A DNA stretch of 64,000 nt from a virus, in IMG/VR virus record IMGVR_UViG_3300045988_023742, positions 1 to 64,000 of that record; one strand, written 5' to 3'. Each line of letters starts with the position of its first letter. Within the stretch, counting starts at the first letter, position 1. The notes beneath the pieces are model-generated. The model saw only the letters and a program-made list of their open reading frames with translations. It was not told the origin of the DNA and made no database searches. Positions 37,780 to 47,152 of the stretch are shown here, piece by piece. Position numbers and translations under genes: made by a program.

Positions 37780-40700
37780 CTAACATGCTTTCATTGGATT
37801 ACCATTTTCATCAAGAACCACAACACCATCTACTCTACAAGCTTGTCTAAGCTCTTCTACAGAAGCTTTCAAATCAGCTTCTTCAGTATTACTTAAAGCA
37901 GCTTTAAGAACATTTGCTGTATAAAGTTCTCCTTGGTCATCTCTAATACCTGCTTTCTCATAGGCTTTACTCATTTCTTCTGCTATTTCATTTATAACAG
38001 CTTCTCTGTTAAAGCTCTCTACAGTAGACTCTCTTTCTTCAGAACTTTCTGATGTTGAACCTTCTTCAAAAGTTTCAGATACTTCTGTATCTTCTACTAT
38101 ATCTGAAGAAATATTATCACCAAAATACTGAAGAGACTGACCTTTAGTACCAAGTTTATCTACCTTATGATATGTCATTACAGAAGTCTTTGTTTCATCA
38201 AAACTATCTGCCATATAGACAACTTGACCCTGACCAGTATTAATCTTAATCATAGGAACAAATTGTCTTGACTTAGCCATCTTATTTTCTTTTAAAATGA
38301 AGTATTTACCATTTTCTTTATCAATCTTTGACAAATCTAAGGTAAATTCATTTCTAGCAACACCAGCCTGAATAGCAAGTGGCTTAAGAATATCTAAAAC
38401 AGTTTTACTTTTAGCATCTAAGCCAAATCTCTTATTATCCAAGTGATTAAGCATATACTGTCTAGCAAATGTTTCAGCATTGATGTTAAACTTATCTTCC
38501 ATTATATCATTCATAAAGTCTACATAGCTTCTATCACCATCAGCAGTTGGTACTTTAATGTTCTCTTTAACTTCAGTAGGAGCAAGATTCATAAAAGCTT
38601 TAGGGCTAAAATTAAAACCTAACTTATAGAAGTTATATAAGAACAAATCAGTAGCAATCTGTGAAGTCTCAGGATTTCTTGCTAAGTCTGCCCAGCTTTC
38701 TCTAATTTCATCCTTCATATAAGGAGCTAATCCTCCAATACCTTGGATATTAATACTAATTTCATCAGTACTTTCACCAGTAGCAGGATTCTTAACTTCT
38801 TTAACTTCAGGAATCATATAAGCAAAGATAGGTATAGACTTCATTTGAGGATTAGCCTCTAAGTGATTAAGCAAATCTTTTGCAAACCATTTAGTGTAAT
38901 ACTCTCTTGTAGTCATTAAACCATGCTGAGTTTGTTTAGGAAGAGAACCATTAAACTCACTTCTTTCTTGGTTACTTAACAAATAGACCATCATATCACT
39001 ATGAATACTATTTATAGTATCAGCATCAAGACTTCCATAATTGACAAGTCCATTTAGAGTATTTCTAGCATTAACATAAGCCATCTTATTATAAGGGAAA
39101 TATTTACTTAAAATCTCTAATGACTTTCTATTAGCATCAAACATAGCCTGCTCATAAGCAAATGGGTTACCCATCATAGTATCAAGATAATCTGAATTGC
39201 TCATAGTAGTAAGACTATTATCATCCATAATAGGAGAGTCAAGCTTGTCTGTCACTTCCATCTCAACATGACTTGCATCAGTACCAACTTCACTAAGATA
39301 CTTTTGAACTTTAAGCTGCTGAGCATAAAGGTCACCAAATGTAGAACCAACTGCATTAGATGCAGTAAACTTTGTTGATGTTACAAACTTAGATACATCA
39401 TTAGCAACTGCTGAAATATCATTGAACAAATCAAGAACTTCAAGTTGTTCAGTAGCAAATGTATTGTTATCCATAACATTACTGCCTTTTTCTCTGAGAA
39501 CTCTATCATTCAAAATATTCTTAGCAAGTTTATCCATAGAGAAATGTTCAGGATTTAGAGGCTCCTTTCTACTTCTAACAGATGCACCTTGATTCTTATA
39601 CTTTTCTCTTACCTCTCTGATAGCAGTATCAATTCCTACACTATTATTAAAGCTATATTCACATACCTCCTTGATAATAGGCTGATTAAACAGCATACCA
39701 ATTTCAGTAGTAGTATAACCAATTCTAGCAAGAACTGCACCTGCATCAGCAGTAAGAGTATTAAGATTCATAAAGTTAAGAACAGGGTCTTTTACAGCAT
39801 CCACAGAAGCAGACAGAAATTCAGCTACATTCAAGTCTACATCAACTCCATTAGGAGCATGAAGGAAGTCACTAAATCTACCATCACCGTAACTATGACC
39901 AGCAAACTCAATAGGCTTAGAAATCTTAAAAGACTTCATAAGACTAGCAAAAGCATGATTAGTATTTTGATTAGCAAATATACCAATAAGTTTACCTGCT
40001 ACTTGATTCTGCTGATTATAAGTGATAATAGTCATAGGGTCAGAAGGGTCATAATTAGGCTCTGGGTCATTGGATTTATCCTTAGCTCTGTTATTAAGAG
40101 CTTCCCAATTAACCTTCTTATTATCATCTATAATACCCTCAGTACTACCATATAGTAACTCTCTCATGATTCTAGCAGACTTAGAAGCATTAGCAAAACC
40201 ACCTGGAGTAGTTCTTTGCTTCATAGTCTCTGGGTCCATCAATCTTTGTTGAATAAGATTAATAAGCATATTATTTCTAGCAGCTCTAGTATTTTCAAGC
40301 GGAGACTTATTAAAGTCATACTCTTCAAAATCTATAAGCTTAGAAGTATCATCTGAGAATACAGCAGATAGTAGTGCATCAGTAGCTTCATCTGTAGATT
40401 GTTTCTTTAATGCTTTATATTCTCTTCTCATAAAGTAGAGCTTATCAACATCAAAGTCAAAACCTGCAATAGTAGTTCCTTGAGCTGGTACTTTAATAGT
40501 ACCTCCTGCTGTCTTTTGACTAAACCTCTTAACTCTAAGATTAAGCATTGAATAGTCTCTCTCAGTTGGGATTCTATACGCTAGAAGACTTGTAGAACCA
40601 GGAAATCTATGCTCAAGTAATGAAATCTTCTTACCCTCAGATTCAATCATCTTAAGAGTTCCATCAGGATTACAATATTCATTGAAATCAAGATGAACTT

Positions 40701-43700
40701 CATTACCTTCGCTATCCTTATATGATATGTCAAATGGAATCTCACATTCTGCATAAAGAATATTTCCTTTACCATCTGTTACATACTTTAAATCTCCATC
40801 TTCTTCATAGCCTTTAATACCCATTGCAGAAACCTGAACAGCAGAACCTCCTTTTATTTGCTGCTTATTCACAATCTTCTTGAACATACTGAAAGCCATA
40901 GCAGCAGCATCATGCTCCAAACCACCTTCAAACAAAGGCATAGCAAACTTACCATTATCAACAGCATAGGCTAGAACATTGTCCATAGACTCTCTACTGT
41001 TATTAATAACACCTTGAATCAATTTCTCACTAAGTTTATTAGCATCTGAAATACCATCCTTAAAGCTATCAAATGATTCTAAGATGTTGGCAACTATCAA
41101 TCCATTATAGAATGATACTAGGTTTCTACCATTGAGTTTAACTCTACCATGATTTCCACCAAGATTTACAGTACCATCACCACCAATATAATTCATATAA
41201 TGGTAGTCATCCATATTGATATTTGCCATAATAAGCTTTCTAACCTGTGTACCAAAGAGTTGAGAGCTATTAATATGCTCAGGAACATTAGTCTGTATTC
41301 TATAATCACCATAACTTAATTGGTGAACATAGGCTTTACTTAGAGCTTCACCTAGACTCTTTGCATCAGAAGCTTTTGAAATGTCAGTAGAACCAAATCC
41401 ACCAACCTTAACAATTTTAGTAGAACCAACTAGGTCTACATTGTTATCATCCATCCAATAAGCCATATCTCTAAGCTTACTACCTTTAGGTAAAAGTTCG
41501 GGAATTAACACTGCTTCAGCATACTTATGCTGAACTGGAATAATAACTTTGTCCTTATCATTAAGAGCAAGCTTTTCATGAGTAAACATATAAGGTTTAA
41601 TAGGCTGAAATACTACTGCCATAGATGCTATTTCAGCAAGTTTTTCTGATGGAATAGATTTTCCATTATAATCAACTTTAAGCTGTTCAATAGCCTCATA
41701 TACTTTCTGCATTTCTTCAGTCCATTGTCCTGCCATACCCATTACTTTTCTATATGACCTAAGAGTTCTATAGCCTTGTCCATCAGTCAAAGTATTCTTT
41801 TTGTATGCATCATATACATCAGAATCTTTTCCATGAACAGCAGCAATAGCTTCCATAAATTCAGGATTTGATTGTTCTGCATTTATATTAATATCATCAA
41901 AATAAACACATCTTTCAATACCATCCTCAGAGAATTTCTTACCATTACTATCAATAGCTGAAAGACTTAATAGAGAACCAGGAGCATGAATCTCTTTGTA
42001 TCTCTTCTGAAGGTCTTTAGTGCCTTTATAGAATGAAGTATCAATAGTCATGAGTTGAAGCTGATTAATAGTAGCAAACTTAACATTGTTATAAAACTCT
42101 GCAAGTTTCTCATCTAAGTTTTCAGATGTAACATCTTCTCCTAGATAAGTATATCTTTCAACCTCTACTTGCTTATTATTCCTATCAATCTCCTTTACCT
42201 TTACAGTTTCAAGAAGACCTAAGTTAGTTAACTGCTTCTTGAAATCTATAAGAGCATCAGATAAATATGCAGATATAGCCTTCTTAACCTCTGTTTCAGT
42301 CGGTCTATCACTAAGCATACTAGAATACTTTCCTACTGTACCATCAGATGCCTTATAATCTTTATTAAGGAATCCAAGAATACTAAAGGTATCTTCACTA
42401 TCAGAAAAGTTTTCCACTTTACTATAGTTTCTAGAATCAAGCCATTCATTAGTAGCTTTGACTAACTCTTGTCTTCTTCTTTCCTGTTCATAAGCATTAT
42501 AGAGACCATCCATAATCTCTTCATTGCTGTATCTCTTAGCTCTAATATATTTGCTTACACCGCTATCACCAAGAATAAATACAGGATATAATGCAGTATC
42601 AGCTTTATTGCTAAGTTCTTTGTCACTTCTGAACTCTGTAAGCATATCAATCATGTGCTGTTTGCTAGTAAAGTTCTCAAAACTCATATCAGAGGTTCCT
42701 AAGAATCTCAGATAATCAAATTGAGCAGCAAATGTATCTTCTAAGCTTACATTAGTAGGAGTATCACAACACTTAAGCAATTCTTCAAGCCACTTATTTA
42801 ATACCTTACCATTATAAGAGAAGAAAGGAGAGTCAAGATATTCATTAGCTAGGAAAGACCTAAGACCAGCTTTGTCATTTGCTTTAACATAGCTTTGAAT
42901 CTTATCAAACTTATCACCCATAAAAGATGGATTTACCTGAGAGAAAAGAGTAATGTTGTTACCTTTGCTATCCTTATGTCTTACTCTAGACTCAAGTCTC
43001 AAGCCTTCTCTATTCTTGGTAATCATTTCATGTATCTTTCTGATTTTCTCCTCAAATACACCTTCTTTCCTGGAGTTCTGACCTTTAGCTCTAACCAATG
43101 ACTTATATGGAATCTTTTCACCAGCTTCAAGTTTCTTCAACTGATTCTCAGATACACCATATTGAGCTAGTTCTTGGAGAGCATTAGTAAGTTTTCTAAG
43201 GTCTTTAGAATGATTCATTATCTCATCTAGAGTATCAGCATCCACTTCTACTCCAAGAGACTCTAAACTAGTTCTAAGGAACTCTCTTCTTTCAATAGAA
43301 GAGCCACCTCTAGAGTAGAACTTGCTTTGCTTTCCTCCTCCATACTGTTTTTGCTTATCAAAGATACTTCCAGTATTTTCCTTAGGCTGAGCAAGCCACT
43401 CATTTATCTGACTTAGAGTGTTCTTTAAGTTAGATACATTGACATTTCCTTTAGTATCAAATACAGAGGTCTTCTCATTAAGAGGCTTTCCAAGTATAAT
43501 TCTAGACATAAAGGAACCTCCTAACAAATCTTCAACTCTATTAAGAAGTTTAGTCTTATACTTTCTAAGACCTTTCTTAGAAGCTTCCTTATCTTCAACA
43601 AGAATGGAATAAGGCTGAAAGTTCTTCTTGAAATCCCTAAAGAATTGTGTTCTAAGTTGAGGATTCTTTGTTAGAGCATCTAAAATTGGAATCATCCATA

Positions 43701-44661
43701 CAGATTTAGCTTGTCCAGTTCTAGGATTTCTAAAAGCTCCCATCATTTGAGCTTCAGAGGTAATACCTCTAAGTAACTCCATAAGAGCTTGATGTACCTT
43801 AGTAGGGTCTAATGTCTGTACAAATCCAAGGTCATCTCTTTTAGGCTGAGCTTTTTGCATTACTCTACCATCAGCAGCAGTTACATCTACTATCTCCATA
43901 ACAGGAAGACTGCTAATAAGTCTTCTTACCTGATGTCCTACAGAACCAAATGAAGATTCAAGACCATTAGATGTTTGCCAAGCTTCTCTAACAGATTCAT
44001 TTGGGTCAATAAGTTGAGAGAGGTCATTATCTCCATAATTAAGTTCATCTGTCTCATCAACAAACTCCATCTTATTACCCAATTTAATTCCCTCAGTATC
44101 TCTGAGTTTCATTCTAGCAAATGCTGTTAAAGCTGACCAATTAGAGAGAACCTGATTGAACTTTGAAGCTTTCTCCATGTCACCTTTAGCTCTGAACATA
44201 GACTGCATCTGCATTATCTGATTATAGACCTTTTCAAACAGATTAAACTCTCCAACCTTTGTATCAATAATAGCTCTTCTACTAAGCTGTGGATTATTCT
44301 TCTGAATTTCATCTACAACAGCAGAAAACATAGCAGCAATCATATTTACTCTATTAAAGCGTTCTTCTGCTGTAAATACTTTTCTCAATCTTTTATAGCT
44401 TGGAGCTAAATTAGTACCAATACTATTAATTTTAGCTTGATTTCCAATCTTAATCTCCTGTCTGAATTTAGCAAGAGTTAATGCAGCTTCATCAAGGTTA
44501 GTTGTGTCTAGAGGATTATTTTGATTAACTTCATCATACATACCTCTAAGTGTAGCAACTCTAAAGGGGTTAAACTTATCACTAGCATTACCTCTCCATC
44601 CTAATTTAGTTGCTAATACATCATCTATTCCCTTTTGTGGGATATAACAAAAATTTGCCAT
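37780..44661 (-). CDS. crAss-like virion-packaged DNA-dependent RNA polymerase (two-barrel type, related to RNAi-type RdRPs)
   Basis: 2293-aa ORF with AGFDFDVDKLYF. The DxDxD metal-binding motif lies at 40444-40458 (residues ~1402-1406), as in the phi14:2 gp66-type polymerase. It has its own promoter at 44685-44716. Confidence 0.7.
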   Translation of the reverse strand: MANFCYIPQKGIDDVLATKLGWRGNASDKFNPFRVATLRGMYDEVNQNNPLDTTNLDEAALTLAKFRQEIKIGNQAKINSIGTNLAPSYKRLRKVFTAEERFNRVNMIAAMFSAVVDEIQKNNPQLSRRAIIDTKVGEFNLFEKVYNQIMQMQSMFRAKGDMEKASKFNQVLSNWSALTAFARMKLRDTEGIKLGNKMEFVDETDELNYGDNDLSQLIDPNESVREAWQTSNGLESSFGSVGHQVRRLISSLPVMEIVDVTAADGRVMQKAQPKRDDLGFVQTLDPTKVHQALMELLRGITSEAQMMGAFRNPRTGQAKSVWMIPILDALTKNPQLRTQFFRDFKKNFQPYSILVEDKEASKKGLRKYKTKLLNRVEDLLGGSFMSRIILGKPLNEKTSVFDTKGNVNVSNLKNTLSQINEWLAQPKENTGSIFDKQKQYGGGKQSKFYSRGGSSIERREFLRTSLESLGVEVDADTLDEIMNHSKDLRKLTNALQELAQYGVSENQLKKLEAGEKIPYKSLVRAKGQNSRKEGVFEEKIRKIHEMITKNREGLRLESRVRHKDSKGNNITLFSQVNPSFMGDKFDKIQSYVKANDKAGLRSFLANEYLDSPFFSYNGKVLNKWLEELLKCCDTPTNVSLEDTFAAQFDYLRFLGTSDMSFENFTSKQHMIDMLTEFRSDKELSNKADTALYPVFILGDSGVSKYIRAKRYSNEEIMDGLYNAYEQERRRQELVKATNEWLDSRNYSKVENFSDSEDTFSILGFLNKDYKASDGTVGKYSSMLSDRPTETEVKKAISAYLSDALIDFKKQLTNLGLLETVKVKEIDRNNKQVEVERYTYLGEDVTSENLDEKLAEFYNNVKFATINQLQLMTIDTSFYKGTKDLQKRYKEIHAPGSLLSLSAIDSNGKKFSEDGIERCVYFDDININAEQSNPEFMEAIAAVHGKDSDVYDAYKKNTLTDGQGYRTLRSYRKVMGMAGQWTEEMQKVYEAIEQLKVDYNGKSIPSEKLAEIASMAVVFQPIKPYMFTHEKLALNDKDKVIIPVQHKYAEAVLIPELLPKGSKLRDMAYWMDDNNVDLVGSTKIVKVGGFGSTDISKASDAKSLGEALSKAYVHQLSYGDYRIQTNVPEHINSSQLFGTQVRKLIMANINMDDYHYMNYIGGDGTVNLGGNHGRVKLNGRNLVSFYNGLIVANILESFDSFKDGISDANKLSEKLIQGVINNSRESMDNVLAYAVDNGKFAMPLFEGGLEHDAAAMAFSMFKKIVNKQQIKGGSAVQVSAMGIKGYEEDGDLKYVTDGKGNILYAECEIPFDISYKDSEGNEVHLDFNEYCNPDGTLKMIESEGKKISLLEHRFPGSTSLLAYRIPTERDYSMLNLRVKRFSQKTAGGTIKVPAQGTTIAGFDFDVDKLYFMRREYKALKKQSTDEATDALLSAVFSDDTSKLIDFEEYDFNKSPLENTRAARNNMLINLIQQRLMDPETMKQRTTPGGFANASKSARIMRELLYGSTEGIIDDNKKVNWEALNNRAKDKSNDPEPNYDPSDPMTIITYNQQNQVAGKLIGIFANQNTNHAFASLMKSFKISKPIEFAGHSYGDGRFSDFLHAPNGVDVDLNVAEFLSASVDAVKDPVLNFMNLNTLTADAGAVLARIGYTTTEIGMLFNQPIIKEVCEYSFNNSVGIDTAIREVREKYKNQGASVRSRKEPLNPEHFSMDKLAKNILNDRVLREKGSNVMDNNTFATEQLEVLDLFNDISAVANDVSKFVTSTKFTASNAVGSTFGDLYAQQLKVQKYLSEVGTDASHVEMEVTDKLDSPIMDDNSLTTMSNSDYLDTMMGNPFAYEQAMFDANRKSLEILSKYFPYNKMAYVNARNTLNGLVNYGSLDADTINSIHSDMMVYLLSNQERSEFNGSLPKQTQHGLMTTREYYTKWFAKDLLNHLEANPQMKSIPIFAYMIPEVKEVKNPATGESTDEISINIQGIGGLAPYMKDEIRESWADLARNPETSQIATDLFLYNFYKLGFNFSPKAFMNLAPTEVKENIKVPTADGDRSYVDFMNDIMEDKFNINAETFARQYMLNHLDNKRFGLDAKSKTVLDILKPLAIQAGVARNEFTLDLSKIDKENGKYFILKENKMAKSRQFVPMIKINTGQGQVVYMADSFDETKTSVMTYHKVDKLGTKGQSLQYFGDNISSDIVEDTEVSETFEEGSTSESSEERESTVESFNREAVINEIAEEMSKAYEKAGIRDDQGELYTANVLKAALSNTEEADLKASVEELRQACRVDGVVVLDENGNPMKAC

Positions 44662-44684
44662 ATAGTATAATTAAAATTTTAGTG

Positions 44685-44716
44685 CAAAGTTAATTAAATT
44701 TGCTCAGTTTACCAAA
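44685..44716 (-). promoter_or_regulatory. Bacteroidota-type promoter of the RNAP operon
   Basis: On the - strand: TTTG (44716-44713), 20 nt spacer, TAACTTTG (44692-44685), followed by CAC. The ATG is at 44661. Confidence 0.6.
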
Positions 44717-44746
44717 TAAATAAGAGCAAAAGTTGATTGTTTTAAG

Positions 44747-44779
44747 AAAAAATAAGGGAAGAGTATAAGCTCTTCCCTT
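44747..44779 (-). terminator. Rho-independent terminator ending the replication-module transcript
   Basis: Perfect 10-bp stem, aagggaagag (44754-44763) with ctcttccctt (44770-44779), followed on the - strand by T6 (plus-strand A run 44747-44752). Confidence 0.7.
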
Positions 44780-44791
44780 ATATATTATAAA

Positions 44792-45418
44792 TTATATGTA
44801 TATGCTGTCAGGATAATACAATAAAGTTCCCATGGAGTTCTTATGAACATCTACATCAGGAAAATTACTATTAAACTCTTTAAGATTAAAGGGTCTTACA
44901 AGTAAGTGACAACCTTGTTTTGTTGGTATAATACCAGTAAGATATAACTCTTCCCTAGTATCGCAGAATGGTAATGTAGGGTCTAACTTAAAATAGTTAT
45001 CAAACCATCCTAAGAGTAACTCCTTTATTTCCATATTATCAACATCTACAATCCATACAGGATTCCTTGAAGTTAATGCTCCTGCTGCACTATTAAGAGT
45101 CTTTCTTGGATTCTGAATATTACCTTCACATACTAATGAAGCAAGTTTTACTAACATAAGTTTCTGTAACTTTTCAAAGCTCTTTGGGCTTATATTAATA
45201 TATGCTCTTGCTCCATAGTGTTCACAAAGAAGAATCACCTCAGGCATTATTTTCCTGAGATGCTCTTCATTCTTTATGAAGTATGTTTTAATAGCTCCTT
45301 CCTTTACTTTTTCATCCTTATAGTCTTTTGCTCTACACACTATTTGCATATGGCAGAATACCTTTGGATTATCCTTTGGTAGTAAAGGAGCTATTAGTTC
45401 TAGATTATTGATTATCAT
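44792..45418 (-). CDS. Hypothetical protein (208 aa) with a possible archaeo-eukaryotic-primase-like DxD/H/D motif order
   Basis: The ATG at 45418 sits inside the TATGATAATCAATAA overlap with the thyX stop. The track's longer 268-aa version would overlap thyX by 194 nt. Motifs: WIVDVD, QGCHLLV, DVDVH. Confidence 0.45.
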   Translation of the reverse strand: MIINNLELIAPLLPKDNPKVFCHMQIVCRAKDYKDEKVKEGAIKTYFIKNEEHLRKIMPEVILLCEHYGARAYINISPKSFEKLQKLMLVKLASLVCEGNIQNPRKTLNSAAGALTSRNPVWIVDVDNMEIKELLLGWFDNYFKLDPTLPFCDTREELYLTGIIPTKQGCHLLVRPFNLKEFNSNFPDVDVHKNSMGTLLYYPDSIYI

Positions 45419-46274
45419 AACCAAGTTCTTTAAATCTTTTCTGTAATGGAATAGCAATCTCTCTTGCCATAGGATGAGCATCATTAGCGCATCTTCTGTA
45501 AAAGAAATTCTCCCAAGCATCTTTAAATCCACATGAAATAAGCTCCGATTTAACTGATAGAGGAAGAACTTCTCTTGCTTGTTGAGGAGTCCAACCAAGT
45601 TTTAATAAAGATAAATAAGAATTTTGAGCATTTTGTAGTGCATCCATAAATATTATTTCATCTTCATTAATTTCAAATGGAGGATAATTCTGTTCAGACC
45701 CTTCTTTAAGAGAATTACACCAATTTGGAATAACAAAAGTTACTTGGTTATCAAATTTATCCTTAGAATAATTACAATATCTAGTACTCTCAGCAAGATG
45801 ACTTAAACCTACATGAGTTCTAAATTCATCCATTATTCCTCTAGAAAGAACCATGTGAACTGTATATCTACTAGGATAATAACAATTGTCCTGCTCTGTA
45901 AAATACTCAGCTATATAAGGGCACTTCTTTATAATTTGAAGATAATGTCTATAGTTAGTTGTTATATAAGTATACTCTGGAAGTTCCTTGTACTTAATCC
46001 ATGCAGGATTATATAATTTACAATCTACTAGGTCTTGCAAAAACTCCTCAAATAGCATTCCAGAGCTTATCTTAAGATGTACAGTACCAAACTCAAGTGG
46101 TCTAGCATGGTCTCTCTTCACAAGCATATTTACAAACTTCTCATAGGAATCATCTGTAATTCTATCTTCAGATTTGTAGCATACTCTGCCACATCTTTCA
46201 ATGAACTTCTTAATGCCTATAAGACTAAAATCCTTCTGTTCAAGAATCTCAAAACTTTGTTTAATTAGTTTCAT
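45405..46274 (-). CDS. thyX: Flavin-dependent thymidylate synthase, ThyX family (divergent signature)
   Basis: 289 aa. FRTHVGLSHLAESTRY aligns with the ThyX RHR-x7-S-x-R(Y) signature (S-T-R-Y conserved). Overall length fits, and the gene sits among nucleotide-metabolism genes. Confidence 0.7.
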   Translation of the reverse strand: MKLIKQSFEILEQKDFSLIGIKKFIERCGRVCYKSEDRITDDSYEKFVNMLVKRDHARPLEFGTVHLKISSGMLFEEFLQDLVDCKLYNPAWIKYKELPEYTYITTNYRHYLQIIKKCPYIAEYFTEQDNCYYPSRYTVHMVLSRGIMDEFRTHVGLSHLAESTRYCNYSKDKFDNQVTFVIPNWCNSLKEGSEQNYPPFEINEDEIIFMDALQNAQNSYLSLLKLGWTPQQAREVLPLSVKSELISCGFKDAWENFFYRRCANDAHPMAREIAIPLQKRFKELGYDNQ

Positions 46275-46518
46275 ATTCCTTAATCTTACTGTTAATAACC
46301 TCTGACTTTACAATGCCATGCCAAGTCTCTAATACTTCTTCTTTATCATTAAGAAGTAGAATAGTAGGAAGACCTTTAACATTGTACTTGTCAGCTACTT
46401 CAGGATTCTCCACTACATTAATATCCTTAACAGGAGCATCAATAGGATGGTCCTTAAACTCCTTTGCTACAACTTTACATTGTCCACAACAAGGAGAATA
46501 AAACTTCATTACTTTCAT
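46261..46518 (-). CDS. Thioredoxin/glutaredoxin-like redox protein
   Basis: 85 aa with CGQC (CxxC) after a beta-strand near the N-terminus, and a cis-Pro-type GLPT motif. Confidence 0.65.
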   Translation of the reverse strand: MKVMKFYSPCCGQCKVVAKEFKDHPIDAPVKDINVVENPEVADKYNVKGLPTILLLNDKEEVLETWHGIVKSEVINSKIKEYETN

Positions 46519-46700
46519 TTTCTGTAACTATCTAGTTGTTTATTTAAAGCATCCATTAGTGCCTGAAAACACTTGCTTACTTCAGGATTTACAACCTTTG
46601 CTTCTATAGTCATGGCACTATTGTTATAGGTCATTTTCATATCAGCAATAGGTTTAGCAAAGTGTTTATAAATTATATTAAATTTTACCTTATCTTGCAT
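46515..46700 (-). CDS. Hypothetical small protein
   Basis: I prefer the ATG at 46700 (MQDKVKF...) because it starts 4 nt after the stop of the small upstream ORF. The track start is 46730. Confidence 0.4.
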   Translation of the reverse strand: MQDKVKFNIIYKHFAKPIADMKMTYNNSAMTIEAKVVNPEVSKCFQALMDALNKQLDSYRK

Positions 46701-46704
46701 ATTA

Positions 46705-46848
46705 TCAAAACTCTTCAATATAATCAGCATTTGGGAATGTCATATAAACATCATCCCATGCAGCATCTCTTTCATGCTCATCATTCTCATCATAATGGTT
46801 ACTATAGGGTTCCCTATGTCCATCTTTAAAGTGAATTATAAATGTCAT
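46705..46848 (-). CDS. Possible 47-aa acidic, His-rich peptide (below the ORF-track cutoff)
   Basis: It encodes MTFIIHFKDGHREPYSNHYDENDEHERDAAWDDVYMTFPNADYIEEF*, fills an otherwise empty 119-nt gap, and its ATG lies 1 nt after the upstream stop. Confidence 0.3.
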   Translation of the reverse strand: MTFIIHFKDGHREPYSNHYDENDEHERDAAWDDVYMTFPNADYIEEF

Positions 46849-46849
46849 A

Positions 46850-47152
46850 TCATTCCTCCAAATTTACTTCAAAATCATCTTCAACCCAATCATTAAACTC
46901 TCCTACACTATTAGGGAGAGTTACTTGGTCCCTAACTGCTTGCTTTAAGTCACACTCAGAATAATCATAGCTAATACCATGATAACCATCTTCATCAGAG
47001 TATTCTTCAGCAATATAGTCAGTAACCTCTACCTCTACTGTCTTACTTAGTGTTATAGATACAGTGACCTCAATCTTTCTTGGTTCAGGGTCTACTTGGT
47101 TCCAAGGAGCATCTGAGGTATCTGAGCCAATAGGATAATCATAATTATTCAT
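46850..47152 (-). CDS. Highly acidic 100-aa protein coupled to hicA (candidate antitoxin or DNA mimic)
   Basis: ATGA overlap with the HicA-like gene. About 30 Asp/Glu against about 5 Lys/Arg. I saw no HicB motif. Confidence 0.55.
   Translation of the reverse strand: MNNYDYPIGSDTSDAPWNQVDPEPRKIEVTVSITLSKTVEVEVTDYIAEEYSDEDGYHGISYDYSECDLKQAVRDQVTLPNSVGEFNDWVEDDFEVNLEE

Noticed and set aside
39589-40155. The 188-aa + strand ORF inside the RNAP gene, and many similar antisense or out-of-frame ORFs. Examples are 881-1063, 2292-2627, 6330-6563, 7473-7739, 10200-10508, 18892-19293, 26870-27226, 30161-30490, 31532-31906, 36559-36888, 49679-50047, 56204-56692 and 62051-62362.
   Set aside because: All lie entirely within much longer ORFs that carry recognisable motifs. 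Their translations are low-complexity (Ser/Leu/Ile-rich), as expected from reading AT-rich coding sequence in the wrong frame. None has its own promoter or any intergenic space.
45419-45598. The N-terminal 60 residues of the 268-aa track ORF (44792..45598).
   Set aside because: This stretch would overlap the thyX 3' end by 194 nt. An ATG at 45418 embedded in the thyX stop region gives the tight coupling seen throughout the module.
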